The position numbers were made by a program, and so were the translations under genes. Shown piece by piece: positions 27,527-37,734 of a stretch of 64,000 nt of DNA. The DNA lies in the NCBI GenBank assembly GCA_039811685.1, contig JBDHZC010000001.1:832001-896000 (forward strand), read 5' to 3'. The first letter of the stretch is position 1. Each line of letters starts with the position of its first letter. Under the pieces are notes generated by a model. That model worked only from the letters and a program-made list of their open reading frames with translations. It searched no databases and was not told the DNA's origin. Origin of the DNA: Armatimonadota bacterium. Its GTDB lineage: Bacteria; Armatimonadota; UBA5829; DSUL01.

Positions 27527-28560
27527 CAGGCGGGTAGTGTGGACGCCAGAGCGCTGGAGAGGTTGCGGGCGATGACTTCAATGGCGGCTATGACGTGGGC
27601 ATAGTCCATTCGGGTAGGCCCACAGACGCCGATACTCCCACCAATCCCGGATCTGTCTCCATAGGAGGCGGCGACCAGGCTGCACGCACGCAGAGGCTCC
27701 AGCGGGTTTTCCGTTCCGATAACCACCTGGGGACGCTCGCCGACCGCCGCCGCTCTGAGAAGGGACGCGACCGTAGCGTGCTGTTCAAGGACCGACAGGA
27801 CCAACTCCATAGTCTCGTGCTCGTGGAACTCAGGATGTCTCGCGAAGTAGCTGGCGCCGTCTATAAAGACTTCAGGCTCACTGACATCTGCAGCGATCTC
27901 CTGCACCATCTGCAAAGCCACTGAAACCATTCGCGCAATGGGCGCATCGTGCCCCGTTGCCGCTTCTTTCAGGCCCAGCCGGAGTTCATCCTCTGTTGCG
28001 CCGGTGACTCTTTCAGCCAGCCGCCGTCCAGCCAGCCTCAGCACATCCGCTGAAACCCGCCCACACGTGAGAATTGCATGCCGAAGCTGCCCGTTGGACC
28101 AAAGCGTCAAAAGCATGACCTTGTCGGAAGCTACCTGACGCAGATCCAGCCATTTGAGTGTTAATGCCTCCGCAGTCGGTGCGGTCGCTACGGCCGTGAG
28201 TTCAGTGATAGCCGAAAGCAGCCGGCACGTACCTGCCACCAGATCGTCCACAGCCGAGTGCTCGCGCACCAGCACCGCTTCTCCGCGCTTCAGATGAGAA
28301 GGGTTCAGCGACGAATGGGGCATAAGATAGTCCACGTAGAAGCGATAGCCGCGATCAGACGGAACCCGTCCCGAGCTCGTGTGAGGCTGGCGAAGATAGC
28401 CAAGATCCGCCATCTCGGCCATTTCATTGCGGATTGTCGCTGACTTGACGCCCAGTTTGCACGCGACTGCGATCTGTTCGGAGGCGACTGGCTCCGCGGT
28501 GCGCACATGTTCGTGAACGACCGCCTTCAGAATTTTCTGTTTACGCTCGTCCAGATTCAT
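27526..28560 (-). CDS. hrcA: Heat-inducible transcription repressor HrcA
   Basis: LDERKQKIL, EPVAS, SATIRNEMAEM..LGYLRQPHTSSGRVPSDRGYRFYVD, IGTEN, GPTRMDY. Confidence 0.95.
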   Translation of the reverse strand: MNLDERKQKILKAVVHEHVRTAEPVASEQIAVACKLGVKSATIRNEMAEMADLGYLRQPHTSSGRVPSDRGYRFYVDYLMPHSSLNPSHLKRGEAVLVREHSAVDDLVAGTCRLLSAITELTAVATAPTAEALTLKWLDLRQVASDKVMLLTLWSNGQLRHAILTCGRVSADVLRLAGRRLAERVTGATEDELRLGLKEAATGHDAPIARMVSVALQMVQEIAADVSEPEVFIDGASYFARHPEFHEHETMELVLSVLEQHATVASLLRAAAVGERPQVVIGTENPLEPLRACSLVAASYGDRSGIGGSIGVCGPTRMDYAHVIAAIEVIARNLSSALASTLPA

Positions 28561-28642
28561 TGACAGTAGAACGGCGAGGAATGACCAGCGATTTGGGAGG
28601 AGAGCCCAGAGTAAGTTCGATCAACAGTCCCAAGCATGCTTG

Positions 28643-28672
28643 ATTTTAGCAATCTGCTGGAGCGACTGTCAA
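28643..28672 (-). promoter_or_regulatory. CIRCE-like HrcA operator superimposed on a sigma70 promoter
   Basis: Plus strand TTAGCAATC-N9-GACTGTCAA at 28646-28672 (consensus TTAGCACTC-N9-GAGTGCTAA); the minus strand reads TTGACA-N18-TAAAAT with a TGn extension. Confidence 0.75.
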
Positions 28673-28784
28673 CCGAGCGGCAGTTTGAGACATTCATCTA
28701 CACGGGTACGGACAGATCCAGATGAACGGAGATGAGGTGCGCGGTGGCAATTTGGCGTGCAGCCTGCGTAAAAGCCGGGACGTA

Positions 28785-29534
28785 TCAGTGCCCCAACGCT
28801 CCAGACTCATTCACACATGCTCCATCCACTTGCAGAGCACTCAGCGCTTCTGCGGCAGCCGCCTGTTCAGCCTGCTTCTTGCTCTTGCCAATACCGCTGC
28901 CCGCAACCCTGCCGTCAATCTCAACCTGCACCGTGAACGTCTTGTCGTGGTCAGCGCCAGTCTCGCTCACAACGGCATAGCGAAGCGTCATCTTGTTGTG
29001 ACCCTGGACAAACTGCTGAAGGCGGGATTTGTAATCGCGAAGGTGGACTCCCGCTTCAATCTCGCCGAGCACATCAGATAACGACCGGATGATAAACTCG
29101 CGCGCAGCCTCCAAACCCTGGTCGAGATAGACAACAGCTACGATAGCTTCGTAGGTGTCGGAAAGGATGCTGGCGCGGTTGCGCCCGCCCGACATTCGCT
29201 CACCCGTGGAAAGCAAAATATGCTCCTGCACACCAAGCCGCTGCGCGGCCTCAGCCAGGGCAGGCTCGCTTACAGCGACAGCTTTGGCTTTGGACAACTC
29301 TCCTTCCGGCCAATCTTCCATCTGGCGATAGAGCCACTCTGACACGATCAGACCGAGGACGGAGTCTCCCAGAAACTCCAGTCGCTCGTTGCTGAGGACG
29401 CCAGTACTCTCACCGAGATAGGATCTGTGCGTCAGGGCGGTTCGGAGCAGGCTGGTATCCTGCAGATGAATACCCAGACTACGAACGACTTCCTGCAGAC
29501 TCTCTTCGGTAAGAACTGGCGGCGGTTGACTCAC
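28785..29534 (-). CDS. rnc: Ribonuclease III
   Basis: ALTHRSY, NERLEFLGDSVLGL, dsRBD DYKSRLQQ..GKSKKQAEQAAA. GTG at 29534 preferred. Confidence 0.95.
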   Translation of the reverse strand: MSQPPPVLTEESLQEVVRSLGIHLQDTSLLRTALTHRSYLGESTGVLSNERLEFLGDSVLGLIVSEWLYRQMEDWPEGELSKAKAVAVSEPALAEAAQRLGVQEHILLSTGERMSGGRNRASILSDTYEAIVAVVYLDQGLEAAREFIIRSLSDVLGEIEAGVHLRDYKSRLQQFVQGHNKMTLRYAVVSETGADHDKTFTVQVEIDGRVAGSGIGKSKKQAEQAAAAEALSALQVDGACVNESGALGH

Positions 29535-29538
29535 GGAA

Positions 29539-30726
29539 TCACGACAACCCCTCAATGGCCTTATGGATGCGCTCAACACCCTTCTCAATGTTCTCCATAG
29601 AGGTCGCGTAGCTCAGCCGGACGTTGTCCGGGGCGCCAAAGCCAGAACCGGGCACGACAGCGACATTGGCCGTCTCAAGCAACCATTCCGCCAAGGTGTC
29701 AGAATTGCTGAACCTGCCTTTAGAAGCCGAGAGCACGCCGGCAATGTTTGGAAACACATAAAAGGCGCCGCCAGGCGTCAGACACTCCACCCCTGGAATA
29801 TCGTTAAGCATCTGCACTATTCGGTCGCGCCGCTTTTCAAACTCCCGGCGCATCATTTCAACCGGCTCCTGTGGCCCTGTAAGCGCCGCAACTCCGCCCT
29901 TTTGAGCGAAGCTGGTCGGGTTGGATGTGCTCTGATCCTGAATCCTGCCAACGGCGGAAATCACATCCGCGTCAGCAGCCATGTAGCCCAGACGCCAACC
30001 AGTCATCGAGTACGCCTTGGACATCCCATTGATGACCACGGTCAGCTTCTTGATCTCCTCACCCAGACTGGCAATGCTGACAAACTCCGTGCCATAGATG
30101 ATTTTCTCGTAGATTTCATCTGAGAGCACCATCACGCGCCGGCGCACGGCCACCTCGGCAATGGCCTGTAGTTGAGCACGGGTATACACTGCCCCGGTCG
30201 GGTTGGAGGGGCTGTTGACGATAACCATCTTCGTCCGATCGGTGACAGCGTCTTCAAACTGGCGTGGCGTCATCGTAAAGCCGGTAGATTCATCTGTCTT
30301 CACGATGACCGGCTTACCTTCCGCCAGAAGCACCTGCTCGGGATAAGACACCCAGTAAGGCGAGGGGATGATCACCTCATCGCCTTCGTTCAGCAGCGCC
30401 TGGAACAGGTTGTAAATGGAGTGCTTCGCCCCTACGGATACGGCAATTTGCTTCACATCGTAGCTCAGCCCGTTATCGCGCAGGAGTTTGTCAACGATGG
30501 CTTTCTTCAGATCAGGGGTGCCTGTTGAGGGGGTGTACTTTGTAAACCCGGCATCCAGGGCTGTGCGGGCTGCATCTTTGATATGCTCCGGCGTATCGAA
30601 GTCAGGTTCGCCGGCCGCAAAGCCAACCAGGTCCACACCCTGAGCCTTCAGAGCATTAGCTTTGGCAGTGATGCCCAGTGTCGGCGATGGACTGGCCCGC
30701 CGCGCTCGTTCAGATATCGTAACCAC
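29539..30726 (-). CDS. Class I/II PLP aminotransferase (aspartate aminotransferase-like)
   Basis: GEPDF, PYWVSY, NSPSNPTG, SDEIYE, SKAYSMTGWRLG. Confidence 0.9.
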   Translation of the reverse strand: MVTISERARRASPSPTLGITAKANALKAQGVDLVGFAAGEPDFDTPEHIKDAARTALDAGFTKYTPSTGTPDLKKAIVDKLLRDNGLSYDVKQIAVSVGAKHSIYNLFQALLNEGDEVIIPSPYWVSYPEQVLLAEGKPVIVKTDESTGFTMTPRQFEDAVTDRTKMVIVNSPSNPTGAVYTRAQLQAIAEVAVRRRVMVLSDEIYEKIIYGTEFVSIASLGEEIKKLTVVINGMSKAYSMTGWRLGYMAADADVISAVGRIQDQSTSNPTSFAQKGGVAALTGPQEPVEMMRREFEKRRDRIVQMLNDIPGVECLTPGGAFYVFPNIAGVLSASKGRFSNSDTLAEWLLETANVAVVPGSGFGAPDNVRLSYATSMENIEKGVERIHKAIEGLS

Positions 30727-30931
30727 TAGTGGCGTTCTCCATTCTTTGTAGAATCAGGCAGCATTATCAAAAGACCAGTTTATTTAGGCATGTAAGCGCG
30801 CTTCTCGCAAGAGAAAAGCCTGTTGTCTCAACTGCCAGCATTCTCGAGAGTCCGATATCTGTTGCGCAAATGTCCAAACCGGGCAACAACCAGGCCTGAA
30901 CTGGTGAGTGCTACGCTGAGTGACGCAGAGG

Positions 30932-32182
30932 TTACGCTCGCGCAAAGATCAACGTCGCGTTATGTCCACCGAACCCAAACGAGTTGGACAGAGCAACGTC
31001 TATAGTCATCGGCCGCGCCTGGTTAGGCACATAATCCAGATCGCAATCCGGGTCTGGAGTCTCGTAATTGATCGTTGGTGGAGCGACATTGCGCTGCATG
31101 GCCATCAGGCAGACAACGGCTTCCACCGCGCCGGCAGCACCGAGAAGGTGCCCCATCATGGATTTCGTGGAGCTGATCGCTACCTTGCGCGCCTGTTCCT
31201 CCCCAAAGACGGTCTTGATAGCTGCGGTCTCAATGCGGTCATTCGGCGGAGTGGAGGTTCCGTGAGCATTGATGTAGTCAACGTCCTGTGGGCTGAGGCC
31301 AGCGTCACTCAGAGCTGCCCGCATACAACGCACAGCCCCGTCCCCATTGGGCGCAGGCATTGTGATGTGGTAGGCGTCTCCGGACATCCCGTATCCAACA
31401 ACTTCTCCGTAGATCTTCGCACCGCGAGCCCTGGCAGACTCCATCTCTTCCAGAACAACAACGCCCGCCCCTTCGCCTATCACAAACCCGTCGCGCTCTT
31501 TATCGAAAGGCCGACTGGCGTGCTGATAGTCGTCATTGCGCGTTGAGAGTGCGCGCATGTTACAGAAGCCGGCCATCGCCAGTGGGCGTACGGCGGCCTC
31601 TGCGCCTCCGGCGATCATCGCGTCAGCGTCCCCACGCCGGATAATCTCCACCGCGTCACCAATAGCGTGGCTGCCAGTGGCGCAGGCCGTTGCAACCGTC
31701 GAGTTTGGCCCCCGCGCGCCGGTCATTATTGACACCTGACCACTGGCCATGTCCGCAATCAGCATTGGAACAAAGAACGGGCTTACTCGCGATGGCCCCC
31801 GCTCTACCAGAACTGCGTTCTGCTCCTCCCACGTACGAGTTCCCCCGATGCCAGAGCCGATCAGCACGCCAACGCGGTCTCGATTCTCATCCGTGATGCT
31901 CAGTCCCGAGTCTTCGTGGGCCATAAGAGCCGCGCCAATAGCGTAGCGCACAAATGGATCGTTGCGGTCCACCTCTTTGGGTGTGAGCCACCGGGTCGGG
32001 TCGAAATTCTTGACTTCTCCAGCTATACGGCTCGTGTGGCGGGATGCGTCGAACTGTTTGACTGGCTCAATGCCGGAGCGTCCGTTCACCAGACTGTCCC
32101 ACATATCCTCCGTCCCAATACCTACGGGAGTGACTGCCCCGATACCGGTCGCTACTACCCTGCGCCGCGAATTCTCCGTCAT
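30932..32182 (-). CDS. fabF: 3-oxoacyl-ACP synthase II
   Basis: [49 protein letters not shown] at 32182. Confidence 0.95.
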   Translation of the reverse strand: MTENSRRRVVATGIGAVTPVGIGTEDMWDSLVNGRSGIEPVKQFDASRHTSRIAGEVKNFDPTRWLTPKEVDRNDPFVRYAIGAALMAHEDSGLSITDENRDRVGVLIGSGIGGTRTWEEQNAVLVERGPSRVSPFFVPMLIADMASGQVSIMTGARGPNSTVATACATGSHAIGDAVEIIRRGDADAMIAGGAEAAVRPLAMAGFCNMRALSTRNDDYQHASRPFDKERDGFVIGEGAGVVVLEEMESARARGAKIYGEVVGYGMSGDAYHITMPAPNGDGAVRCMRAALSDAGLSPQDVDYINAHGTSTPPNDRIETAAIKTVFGEEQARKVAISSTKSMMGHLLGAAGAVEAVVCLMAMQRNVAPPTINYETPDPDCDLDYVPNQARPMTIDVALSNSFGFGGHNATLIFARA

Positions 32183-32269
32183 ACCATCTCCAGTCTTTCG
32201 TCGCTCTCCAACATAACCCGCACCTCGGGAGTGAGTCTCAGAACAGCGCCACTCCGGCACTCCCAGACG

Positions 32270-32311
32270 AACAAATGGCCGGTTGGAAGTCGTCTACGGC
32301 TTCCACCGGCC
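32270..32311 (-). terminator. Hairpin with weak U-tract between acpP and fabF
   Basis: Minus strand GGCCGGTGGAAGCCG-TAGA-CGACTTCCAACCGGCC followed by ATTTGTT. Confidence 0.5.
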
Positions 32312-32355
32312 TGCGCACGTTCATAGCTCCAGCAAGACCGTCCGATAAACGCTCC

Positions 32356-32592
32356 CTAGACTGCGGCCTTCTGCTCGATATAGTTGACCGCCTGTTCAAC
32401 AGTCGTTATCTTCTGCGCGTCTTCGTCTGGAATCTGGATTTCGAACTCTTCTTCCAGTCCCATAACCAACTCGACCTGGTCCAGCGAGTCCGCTTTCAAA
32501 TCATGCTCAAATGAGGCGGTCTCAGTGACCTGATCCTCAGAGACTTTGAGTCTCTCCACGACAACTTTCTTTACTCGATCAAATGTTGACAT
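32356..32592 (-). CDS. acpP: Acyl carrier protein
   Basis: [28 protein letters not shown] (phosphopantetheine Ser in DSL); 78 aa; GAGGAG RBS. Confidence 0.95.
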   Translation of the reverse strand: MSTFDRVKKVVVERLKVSEDQVTETASFEHDLKADSLDQVELVMGLEEEFEIQIPDEDAQKITTVEQAVNYIEQKAAV

Positions 32593-32606
32593 CAACCTTC
32601 TCCTCG

Positions 32607-33356
32607 TTACATAACCAGCCCACCGTCCACGTTTATCACCTGGCCGGTTACGTAGCTGGATAATTCTCCTACCAGAAACAGCACAACTCTGGCAACATCC
32701 TCGGGCGTACCCAGACGATCCAGAGGAATCTGTCCGGATACTTTTGCACGGGCATCTTCTGGCATCTCTTCGGTCATTACAGTCTGGATGAACCCCGGCG
32801 CTACCGCGTTTACGTTGATTCCGCGACGCCCCAATTCCTTTGCGGTTGTCTTTGTCAGCGCAATCAGCCCGCCTTTGGAAGCGGAGTAGTTGGCCTGCCC
32901 GGCGTTCCCCACCACACCCATCACGCTGGCCATGTTCACAATACGGCCCTCTCGCTGGCGAATCATGACTTTTGCTACTTCGCGCGTGCACAGAAACGCC
33001 CCTGTCAGGTTTGTTTCCAGCACGGCGTGCCAGTCCTCATCACTCATTCGCACGAGAAGCTGATCTCGCACAATCCCGGCGTTGTTGACCAGAATGTCAA
33101 TTTTTTCGAATTTCTGTTGAACCTCAGACGTCATGCGCACAACGTCTTCAGAGCTTGTGACGCTGCCCTGTAAGGCGAGAGCTTCCACGCCAAGGGCCCG
33201 CGCCTCACCGGCGACCGCTTCGGCTGCTTCCTTAACAAAATCAGCAATAGCGATATTTGCTCCCTGTTGAGCCAGTAGTACCGCGATCGAGCGCCCAATA
33301 CCCTTACCCGCACGTCCGGCGCCTGTGATGAACGCCGTTTTTCCTTTCAAACTCAA
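32607..33356 (-). CDS. fabG: 3-oxoacyl-ACP reductase
   Basis: [34 protein letters not shown]. Confidence 0.95.
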   Translation of the reverse strand: MSLKGKTAFITGAGRAGKGIGRSIAVLLAQQGANIAIADFVKEAAEAVAGEARALGVEALALQGSVTSSEDVVRMTSEVQQKFEKIDILVNNAGIVRDQLLVRMSDEDWHAVLETNLTGAFLCTREVAKVMIRQREGRIVNMASVMGVVGNAGQANYSASKGGLIALTKTTAKELGRRGINVNAVAPGFIQTVMTEEMPEDARAKVSGQIPLDRLGTPEDVARVVLFLVGELSSYVTGQVINVDGGLVM

Positions 33357-33388
33357 ATCGAGATACCCTCGCTTTCTCTGTCGCTGAG

Positions 33389-34342
33389 CTACGGACTGAG
33401 ACTCACAGAGGCGCTTTCTAACAGCGCTTTGACATCCTCAGCCTGATCCGTCCCGAAAACTGGCGGCGCGCCGTCCATCCGTCTGGCCATACCAGCCAGA
33501 ACTTTCCCTGGCCCGACTTCTACAATTGCATCCACATCCTCTTTCAGAATGTGAAGCATTGTCTCATGCCAGCGCACCTGCCTGACCACCTGCTCTGCCA
33601 GACGCTCGCGAACATCTTCAGAGCCCGCCGCCCTCGCCGCGGTCACATTGAGGAATACAGGTATTGACGGCGTCCCAAACGCGACCTCACTCAGACTTTT
33701 CTTCAGTATTTCAGAAGCCGAGGCCATCAACGCGCTGTGAAAACCTCCGCTCACGGGTAGCGGTACCACGCGTTTAGCGCCCGCCTGCGTGGCTGCCTGA
33801 GAAGCCATTTCAACAGCGTCCGCTTCACCAGAGATCACAATCTGCTGCGCTGAGTTGTAGTTAGCGATGCTAACAATACCTGTTTTAGACACATCGTCAC
33901 AGATTGCGCTGAGTTGCTCTGCCGACAGACCCATCACAGCCGCCATCGCTCCCGGATGAGCCAAAGCCGCTTCGTGCATTGCTTCACCGCGCACCCGCAC
34001 CAGCTTTAGCCCATCTTCAAACGAGAGAACGTCCGCTGCCACCAGAGCCGCGTACTCTCCGATGCTGTGCCCCGCACAAACGACAGGCTTGAGACCGGCA
34101 GCGCGAAGAATCTCCAGAGCCGCGATTTCTGAGACGAACAGCGCAAGTTGGGCGTTCTTCGTCTGGCGCAGAGTTTCCTCCGGCCCTTCAAAGGCCAGCG
34201 CACTCAGGCCGAAATTCAGGATTCGGTCGGCATTCTGCCACACCTCTCTGGCCGTCTCGTGCGCTTCATAGAGCGACCGTCCCATCCCCACTTTCTGTGA
34301 GCCCTGGCCCGGGAACACAAACGCTGGTTTGTTAACTGGCAC
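33389..34342 (-). CDS. fabD: Malonyl-CoA:ACP transacylase
   Basis: FPGQGSQ, GHSIGEY, ANYN, VSGGFHS, EVGPGKVL. Confidence 0.95.
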   Translation of the reverse strand: MPVNKPAFVFPGQGSQKVGMGRSLYEAHETAREVWQNADRILNFGLSALAFEGPEETLRQTKNAQLALFVSEIAALEILRAAGLKPVVCAGHSIGEYAALVAADVLSFEDGLKLVRVRGEAMHEAALAHPGAMAAVMGLSAEQLSAICDDVSKTGIVSIANYNSAQQIVISGEADAVEMASQAATQAGAKRVVPLPVSGGFHSALMASASEILKKSLSEVAFGTPSIPVFLNVTAARAAGSEDVRERLAEQVVRQVRWHETMLHILKEDVDAIVEVGPGKVLAGMARRMDGAPPVFGTDQAEDVKALLESASVSLSP

Positions 34343-34345
34343 TGG

Positions 34346-35386
34346 CTACTCCATCCTGCAAGCCGTTGCCGGCGCTGAGGGCTCAGAGGTGTGCAAGGGC
34401 GCCAGAGACCAGACAAGCACACACGAAGCCCAGGTCAGTCCAGCGCCGAAGCCAACAATCACAATGCAGTCGTCGTCCCGCAGTTTACCCTCGTGATAGG
34501 CTTCGTGCAAAGCGATGGGAATAGAACCCGCGGAGGTGTTCCCGTAGCGCTCAACATTGACGTACACTTTCTCCACCGGAATGTCGAGATGCCGCATGGC
34601 TGAGTCAATGATCCGGGTATTGGCCTGGTGCGGAATCAGCCAGTCCACGTCCCTGGAAGACAACCCACACCTGTCCAGAGCCCTCTGCGCAGACTCGCCC
34701 ATTATCTTCACTGCAAACTTGAAGACTTCTCGGCCCTCCATGCGGATGAAGTGCTGCCGCTGATTGACAGTATCCAGCGTAGCCGGATGCCGGCCACCAC
34801 CAGCGGGAATCTCCAGAAGACGCGCTCCACCGCCATCCGATCCCATGTCAAAGCCCAGAACGCCCTTACCCTCTTCTACGGGCGCCACCACCGCAGCGCC
34901 CGCTCCGTCCCCGAACAAGATGCACGTGCCTCGGTCTGTGAAGTCAGTAAACTTAGTCAGCACATCCACACCAACCACAAGGACGCGACTGTAAGCACCT
35001 GAGGACACAAACTGAGACGCAATCGTCAGAGCATACACAAAACCCGAACAGGCCGCCGCTACATCGAATGCTGCCGCGCTCCAACAGCCCAGACTCTGCT
35101 GGATGAGACACGCAGTGGAGGGAAAAAGCATGTCGGGGGAGGTGGTGGCGCAGATGATGAGGTCCACGTCTTCCGGCGCGACGTTCGCATGAGCCAGAGC
35201 TTCCTTACACGCCGCTGCCCCCAGCGACGCAGACGTCTCGTTTTCGGAGCTTACCCGGCGCTGCCGAATGCCCGTGCGTTCAAATATCCACTCGTCAGAA
35301 GTGTCAACCATCTGCTCCAGATCGAAGTTGGTCAACACCTTTGCAGGCAGAGCCTTTCCCAGGCCCACAATCCCGGCTGATCTCAC
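34346..35386 (-). CDS. fabH: 3-oxoacyl-ACP synthase III
   Basis: DTSDEWI.ERTGI, AACSGF, LFGDGAGA, PHQAN, YGNTSAGS, GFGAGLTW. Confidence 0.95.
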   Translation of the reverse strand: MRSAGIVGLGKALPAKVLTNFDLEQMVDTSDEWIFERTGIRQRRVSSENETSASLGAAACKEALAHANVAPEDVDLIICATTSPDMLFPSTACLIQQSLGCWSAAAFDVAAACSGFVYALTIASQFVSSGAYSRVLVVGVDVLTKFTDFTDRGTCILFGDGAGAAVVAPVEEGKGVLGFDMGSDGGGARLLEIPAGGGRHPATLDTVNQRQHFIRMEGREVFKFAVKIMGESAQRALDRCGLSSRDVDWLIPHQANTRIIDSAMRHLDIPVEKVYVNVERYGNTSAGSIPIALHEAYHEGKLRDDDCIVIVGFGAGLTWASCVLVWSLAPLHTSEPSAPATACRME

Positions 35387-35500
35387 TGTGCAATATCCTT
35401 ATGTCTGTCATTGGCGCGTCCATGCGCCGGAATCACCGGGCCGTGGCCCACACCCCGGCCATACCGCATCTGACTCCGATCCAACAGTAGTATCCTGCCC

Positions 35501-36565
35501 TCAGACGTGCGCCGCGTGAAGTGCCGGCTGCTCCAAAATCCGGCCAATATGCCCCAGCACATCGTTGTTGTGCGCCCTCACAGCCAGGCGGAGAGCGCTG
35601 GAGATAGACTTCGCGCGGCTGTTGCCGTGACAGACTATGCAGATACCATTGACGCCCAGCAGGGGCGCTCCGCCGACCTCTTCGCAGTCCACTTCTTTCT
35701 TGAACTGCTTGAGCCCTGGCGCCATCCCCAGAAGCATGAGTTTGTACCAGGGGTTTGCCCACAGCTTCCGCTGAGCGATCTCCTGGATCATTTTGGCCAC
35801 GCCTTCGGCCACTTTCAACACGACATTGCCAACAAAGCCATCACACACGACAACATCTGCAGCCCCCTCAAAAAGGGGGCCACCCTCAATGTTGCCGATG
35901 AAGTTCAAATCGCTCTCGCTCAGCGCTTTGTGCACGGCCTTGGTCAGTTCATTGCCTTTGGTCGGTTCGGCTCCTATGGAAAGCAGGCCCACCCGCGGAC
36001 TCTTGACGCCCATGACATCCTGGCAGTAAATGCTGCCCATCGTGGCAAACTGCATGAGGTTCTGGACGGAGCAATCGACATTGGCGCCGACGTCCACAAC
36101 CACAACCTGCCCCGAGATAGTCGGCATAACCGTTGCAATCCCCGGCCGGTCGATTCCAGCGACTCGCTTGAGAATAAGAGAAGCTACGGCCATCGTCGCA
36201 CCGGTGCTGCCAGCCGATACCATCGCATGAGCGCGACCGTCCCGGACCAGCTCAGCGCAGCGTACAAGAGAGGAGTCGCGCTTGCGCCTGATAGCAGCAG
36301 CGGGATTTTCTCCCATTTCTATGCGCTCGGGTGCGTGAACGACTTCGATAGACGCAGTGGTTCGGATTCTGCGAAGGTAGCGGCGGATGACCGGCTCATC
36401 CCCCACGAGAATCAGCCGCGCGCCCCAGCGTACAGCGCCTTCACAGGCGCCTTTCAGGATTTCTCTGGGCGCGTAGTCCCCTCCCATCGCATCCATTGCG
36501 ACGGTAACCTGATCGCCAGTAGTTAACACTTCGCTCGCTCCCGGCATCTGGTGAGCAGCTTTCAA
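35501..36565 (-). CDS. plsX: Phosphate acyltransferase PlsX
   Basis: AMDAMGGDYAP, SAGSTGA, DVGANVD, VCDGFVGN, GGAPLLGV, HGNS. Start uncertain. Confidence 0.95.
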   Translation of the reverse strand: MKAAHQMPGASEVLTTGDQVTVAMDAMGGDYAPREILKGACEGAVRWGARLILVGDEPVIRRYLRRIRTTASIEVVHAPERIEMGENPAAAIRRKRDSSLVRCAELVRDGRAHAMVSAGSTGATMAVASLILKRVAGIDRPGIATVMPTISGQVVVVDVGANVDCSVQNLMQFATMGSIYCQDVMGVKSPRVGLLSIGAEPTKGNELTKAVHKALSESDLNFIGNIEGGPLFEGAADVVVCDGFVGNVVLKVAEGVAKMIQEIAQRKLWANPWYKLMLLGMAPGLKQFKKEVDCEEVGGAPLLGVNGICIVCHGNSRAKSISSALRLAVRAHNNDVLGHIGRILEQPALHAAHV

Positions 36566-36640
36566 ATAGACTCGAATCTGTTCCTGTTCGCGTGAATCAC
36601 TCTACAGAGTCACGATACACGCTGACAACGCAAGCTCCGG

Positions 36641-36835
36641 TTACTCCTGCCTGGTTCGCTTGGACTCCGGTATAACGAGCCGGCGCCGATACTGTCCGCA
36701 CGACTTGCAGGCTGTATGCGCGACGGTCGGAGCGCCGCAGCTCGGGCAGCTCACAATCGCCGGCGGCGTCAGCTTGTAGTGTGTGCGCCGCTTGTCGCGG
36801 CGTGTCTTCGAATGTCTTCTCTTAGGAAGTGGCAA
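36641..36835 (-). CDS. rpmF: 50S ribosomal protein bL32 (zinc-binding form)
   Basis: MPLPKRRHSKTRRDKRR, CPSC..H.ACKSCG.Y. Confidence 0.95.
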   Translation of the reverse strand: MPLPKRRHSKTRRDKRRTHYKLTPPAIVSCPSCGAPTVAHTACKSCGQYRRRLVIPESKRTRQE

Positions 36836-36971
36836 TGTCTGTCTCCAACAAGAACGGTTGATAGCAGGCGGTATCGGCCACGAAGCCTGCGCCGTTCGTC
36901 CTTTCCATACAGGGCCTGTCGCGCCCCTACGAAAGTGTCACTCAGTCAACAACTTACCCTGCGCAGCACGC

Positions 36972-37002
36972 AGTTTATCAGAAACTGGATAGGCTCTGTC
37001 AA
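36972..37002 (-). promoter_or_regulatory. Putative promoter for rpmF-plsX-fab
   Basis: Minus strand TTGACA-N19-TAAACT with TGn extended -10; spacer longer than optimal. Confidence 0.4.
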
Positions 37003-37053
37003 ATCACAGCGCGCAGACGCGCGGCAGCAAGCGCCGCCGACCGGCATGTTTGC

Positions 37054-37623
37054 CTAAGACTTCCAGTTCTGCAACGCCTCATAGAAGGGGTGCCGCTCCG
37101 CGTCCGCTTCCCCTGAGCACCCGCAGTCGCCCTCATTCAGATTGCGCCCGCACTGAGAACACAGCCCTCGGCAGTCTGCTTTACACAATACAGCCAGAGG
37201 AGCATTCACCAGGAGATTTTGACGAATCAACTCAGTTAGATCCAGGGTGTTTTCCTGGAATACGACATCGGCCATATCCAGGTCCCCATCAACCATCAGG
37301 TCGTCATCTTCCAGAGCTTCGTCGAACTTGCCTGACCCCGCCAGTGGATGCAGCGGAAACTGTTCCTCTATCTGCAGATCGGCCTGCCATGGAAAGCGTG
37401 TCAAGCAGCGAACACACTCCATTTCTGTCGAAGTGGATATCTTCCCACGAGCGAGCAGTAACCGACCCGTGTTCGAAAAAGTCAGCTTTCCGAGAACCGG
37501 ACTGCGGAGATTGATTTCTGAGGCGGCGAGACCAGTCGCGATGTCATCCGACGCTTCATCGTCAACCTCATAAGTATAATTCATTCCCAGGGAATGTGCA
37601 ATTTCCGTCAGATCGAGCTTCAT
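37054..37623 (-). CDS. yceD: YceD/DUF177 family protein
   Basis: ECVRCL, LDLTELIRQ, LCKADCRGLCSQCGRNLN..C.C; directly upstream of rpmF. Confidence 0.9.
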   Translation of the reverse strand: MKLDLTEIAHSLGMNYTYEVDDEASDDIATGLAASEINLRSPVLGKLTFSNTGRLLLARGKISTSTEMECVRCLTRFPWQADLQIEEQFPLHPLAGSGKFDEALEDDDLMVDGDLDMADVVFQENTLDLTELIRQNLLVNAPLAVLCKADCRGLCSQCGRNLNEGDCGCSGEADAERHPFYEALQNWKS

Positions 37624-37734
37624 TGTGTTAGCGTTCCAGTGCAAACCTTAAACATATCTGGACATTATGCCGCACTAAACATCCAGCTCGAGGTTAACGC
37701 AAGAGGGTCTCTGCCTGCTCACAAAAGCAATATA

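Noticed and set aside
32593..32991. Apparent 211-aa extended ACP
   Set aside because: The extension overlaps fabG in another frame; the real acpP starts at ATG 32592 with an RBS.
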